Assembly: GCA_903824855.1 (NCBI GenBank)
Contig: CAIJYI010000043.1
Coordinates: forward strand, 177-64,176
Source: an uncultured bacterium
GTDB lineage: Bacteria; Patescibacteriota; Minisyncoccia; Phycocordibacterales; CAIJYI01
Direction: 5' to 3'
DNA length: 64,000 nucleotides
The position numbers and the translations under genes are program-made. Position 1 is the first letter of the stretch. Each line of letters opens with the position of its first letter. This document shows positions 61,451 through 64,000 of this stretch, piece after piece. The notes below the pieces were generated by a model. The model saw only the letters and a program-made list of their open reading frames with translations, ran no database searches and had not been told where the DNA came from.

Positions 61451-62683
61451 ATGTCATTAGTAAAAAAACAATTGCATGTGCTTTTTATTTCCACCGATCG
61501 TGAAATCTTTCGGGAGGGAAGCGAGGCCCACTTAAGAATGCTCGATTATGCTTCCATTATGGACGAACTTCGGATTATTGTTTACACGAAGAAAAGTTCA
61601 GGGTTTGTTGCAACTCAAATCGGAAAAAATGCCTGGGCATATCCCACTAATTCAATATCAAGATGGTTTTATGTGTTTGATGCAATTCGTTTGGCCGAAA
61701 ATTTATTTACTCCGCAGTTTGGCATAAGAAGTGATTTCATCGAAGAAGACGGTAAAGATGTTGTTAATCTCGTGAGCGCTCAAGATCCGTTTGAGTGCGG
61801 GCTTGCCGGCTATCGTATTTCAAAAAAACTCCACATTCCGCTTCAATTGCAGATCCATACCGATTTTCTAAATAAAAATTTTACCGTCGGTTCAAAACTG
61901 AATTTTTTGCGTGTTAAAATCGCTAAATTTCTCTTGGTTCGTCACGCAAAAATAAGAGTTGTTTCTGAACGGATAAAATCTTCAATTTTTAAAAATATTT
62001 GGTTTCCGAAAAGTGATATCGCTGATATTTCGGTGCTTCCTGTTTTTGTCGACAGAGAAAGATTCAGAAATTCAATGGAAACGAATTTCCTTTCTGAAAA
62101 ATATCCAAATCATACATTACTCGTTCTCGTCGTGTCCCGGCTGGAAAAGGAAAAAAATGTCGAGCTCGCACTAAAAATTCTTTCCGAGACAACAAGGCGG
62201 AGTCAGGAATCTTTTATCGGTTTGGTTATTGTCGGAGATGGAAGTGAAAAAAAGGCATTGAAAAAAATGGCAGAAAAACTGCATATTGCCGACCGTGTGT
62301 TTTTTGAGGGGGCAGTCGCTGATGTTGGCCCTTATTATAAAGCTGCAGATGTGTTATTGGTGACATCGAAATATGAGGGGTATGGAAGAATGATTGCTGA
62401 GGCAACCGCTGCGGGATGTTTCGTCATTACGCCTGATGTCGGAGCTGCAAGAGAATTAGTAACTCAATCAAGCGGCGTTGTTTGTAATGACGATGATGAG
62501 GAATGTCTTCTTCGAAATATTCTTTTTCTTTGCAGTACCAGTTATACGAGAGATCAATTTAAAAGTGTCGCACGAATATCTTCCAGTCGGGCGGTTTTTG
62601 AATCAAAAAGCGAATATTTGGAAAAATACAGAGAGCTACTTTTGTCTGCGGCAAACAATGAAGATTATTTTCTCGATAAATAA
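61451..62683 (+). CDS. glycosyltransferase family 1
   Basis: ...VTSKYEGYGRMIAEATAAGCFVITPDVGAAREL... Confidence 0.75.
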   Translation: MSLVKKQLHVLFISTDREIFREGSEAHLRMLDYASIMDELRIIVYTKKSSGFVATQIGKNAWAYPTNSISRWFYVFDAIRLAENLFTPQFGIRSDFIEEDGKDVVNLVSAQDPFECGLAGYRISKKLHIPLQLQIHTDFLNKNFTVGSKLNFLRVKIAKFLLVRHAKIRVVSERIKSSIFKNIWFPKSDIADISVLPVFVDRERFRNSMETNFLSEKYPNHTLLVLVVSRLEKEKNVELALKILSETTRRSQESFIGLVIVGDGSEKKALKKMAEKLHIADRVFFEGAVADVGPYYKAADVLLVTSKYEGYGRMIAEATAAGCFVITPDVGAARELVTQSSGVVCNDDDEECLLRNILFLCSTSYTRDQFKSVARISSSRAVFESKSEYLEKYRELLLSAANNEDYFLDK

Positions 62684-62734
62684 TCAGAGTCTTTACCACT
62701 TCCTTTTTGTGTGTTTTTTTGTTATGGTTCTAAT

Positions 62735-64000
62735 ATGATTTTCGAAAATATTCATTCTGAAAAAGACGTGGATACTTTAAAAAAGCACATCCTTAAAGAT
62801 GCGGCTCTTATTGCGCGTATCAGGGAAATCAGAAAGACTCTCCATTATTCTCGTCGGGGAGGAGATAAAGGTAATTCAATGATGCCTACAAATGCTGAGA
62901 TTCTGGCTCTGTACCGAGAGATGGTCTTGTCCGGTGAAATATCTCCCGATAAAAATACGGAGCTTCTCTTAAGAAAAATTAAGACAAAAAGCAATTCTGG
63001 TGTTGCGGTTATTTCATTGCTCACAAAACCGTTTCCATGCCCCGGTACGTGCACATATTGCCCAACTGAGGTGAATATGCCCAAAAGCTACTTATCGAGG
63101 GAGCCTGCGGCAGCAAGAGCCCTTTCAAGCGATTTTGACCCAAGAAAACAGATTCAAATGCGTCTTCAGGCCCTCATTACGAATGGGCACCCGGTAGATA
63201 AAATAGAGATAATTATTATCGGCGGGACATGGAGTTTTTATCACTCTTCCTATCGCGAGTTCATAATAAAAGAATGTTTCCGTGCCTGTAATGATTTTAC
63301 TGAAGGGCAGTCTTTTGTGGAAAACAACAGAGAAGAATCTCTTGCTGAGTTGCAGAAGAAAAATGAAACCGCGGAATGTCGCATTGTTGGACTCTCCATT
63401 GAAACAAGACCCGATTATATTACTGAAGAGGAAGTAAAAAAACTACGAGAATATGGAGTGACCAAAGTGGAGATTGGAGTTCAACATTTAGATGATTCCA
63501 TTCTTGCCGGTATTAAACGAAACATGACGAAGGCGGATATTATTCGTGCAACCGAAATTCTCCGAAACGCCGGATTGAAAGTGGTGTATCATATGATGCC
63601 GAATCTTCCGGGGAGTGATAAAGAAAAAGATATCGAAATGTTCCGGGAGCTTTTTCGTGACGGATCAGGTCTTGAACCGGACATGCTTAAAATATATCCA
63701 TGCATGGTTCTCGAAGGGAGTGAACTTTATGAAATATGGAAGGCCGGAAAATTCCGAGCTTATACTGACGAAGAACTTATGGAAGTACTTCGAGAAGCAA
63801 AAAAACTCGTTCCTCCCTATGTAAGAATTTTACGGGTCATTCGTGATATTCCCGCTGATTACGTAAAAGCCGGAAGCAAAATCTCAAATATGCGCCAGTG
63901 GCTCGAACAAGACCAGAAAAAATATGGCTGGAAATGTAAATGTATTCGTTGCCGTGAAGTAAGGGAAAGAGAAGTGATGCTTTCCGATTGTACTTTGGTC
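62735..64000 (+). CDS. Elp3-family radical SAM protein (tRNA wobble-uridine modification homologue), 3' end beyond the window
   Basis: open frame with no stop to the window edge; SGVAVISLLTKPFPCPGTCTYCP (CxxxxCxxC radical-SAM cluster) and DKIEIIIIGGTWSF Elp3-like; absent from the ORF track because it is incomplete. Confidence 0.7.
   Translation, partial: MIFENIHSEKDVDTLKKHILKDAALIARIREIRKTLHYSRRGGDKGNSMMPTNAEILALYREMVLSGEISPDKNTELLLRKIKTKSNSGVAVISLLTKPFPCPGTCTYCPTEVNMPKSYLSREPAAARALSSDFDPRKQIQMRLQALITNGHPVDKIEIIIIGGTWSFYHSSYREFIIKECFRACNDFTEGQSFVENNREESLAELQKKNETAECRIVGLSIETRPDYITEEEVKKLREYGVTKVEIGVQHLDDSILAGIKRNMTKADIIRATEILRNAGLKVVYHMMPNLPGSDKEKDIEMFRELFRDGSGLEPDMLKIYPCMVLEGSELYEIWKAGKFRAYTDEELMEVLREAKKLVPPYVRILRVIRDIPADYVKAGSKISNMRQWLEQDQKKYGWKCKCIRCREVREREVMLSDCTLV

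Overview
This window looks like a low-GC genome from a small-genome bacterium with Candidate Phyla Radiation-like traits (Lys/Ala-rich tails on ribosomal proteins, a fragmented ribosomal protein cluster, many small hypothetical proteins). Most of it is housekeeping. It contains tuf-rpsJ, a complete F1Fo ATP synthase operon (atpBEFHAGDC), and ribosomal protein genes rplC-rplD-rplW-rplB and rpsS...rplE. These are interrupted by non-ribosomal insertions: a 20-kb stretch between rpsJ and rplC and a 3.5-kb stretch between rplB and rpsS. It also contains rplJ-rplL, groES-groEL, ftsH, smpB, pth, rpsA, adenine deaminase, a UvrD-type helicase-nuclease, an htpX/lemA membrane module, a type IV pilin-like cluster, a histidine kinase/response regulator pair, a TraD/VirD4-like ATPase, three GT1 glycosyltransferases, and an Elp3-like radical-SAM gene cut by the window end. 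Two RNA genes the ORF track cannot show are a tmRNA (ssrA, minus strand, about 4302-4688, with a consensus promoter) and a tRNA-Ser(GGA) (minus strand, 53080-53167). The most unusual signals are five. First, a family of G-rich/C-rich palindromic elements built from TTAGG/CCTAA-like units sits inside the atp, rpsS-rplV and groESL operons directly before start codons. Second, two copies of an element with perfect 19-bp terminal inverted repeats carry a compensatory base change and lie just upstream of the rplC and rplJ promoters. Third, a minus-strand array of six small hydrophobic-protein genes includes a recent tandem duplication and each gene has a strong promoter and terminator. Fourth, a GGGGTGACGGGT motif is shared upstream of the helicase-nuclease and a metallophosphoesterase gene. 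Fifth, an Arg/Gly-rich zinc-ribbon protein carries a histone-H1-like tail. Coordinates of RNA features and regulatory sites were derived by hand and may be off by a few nucleotides.
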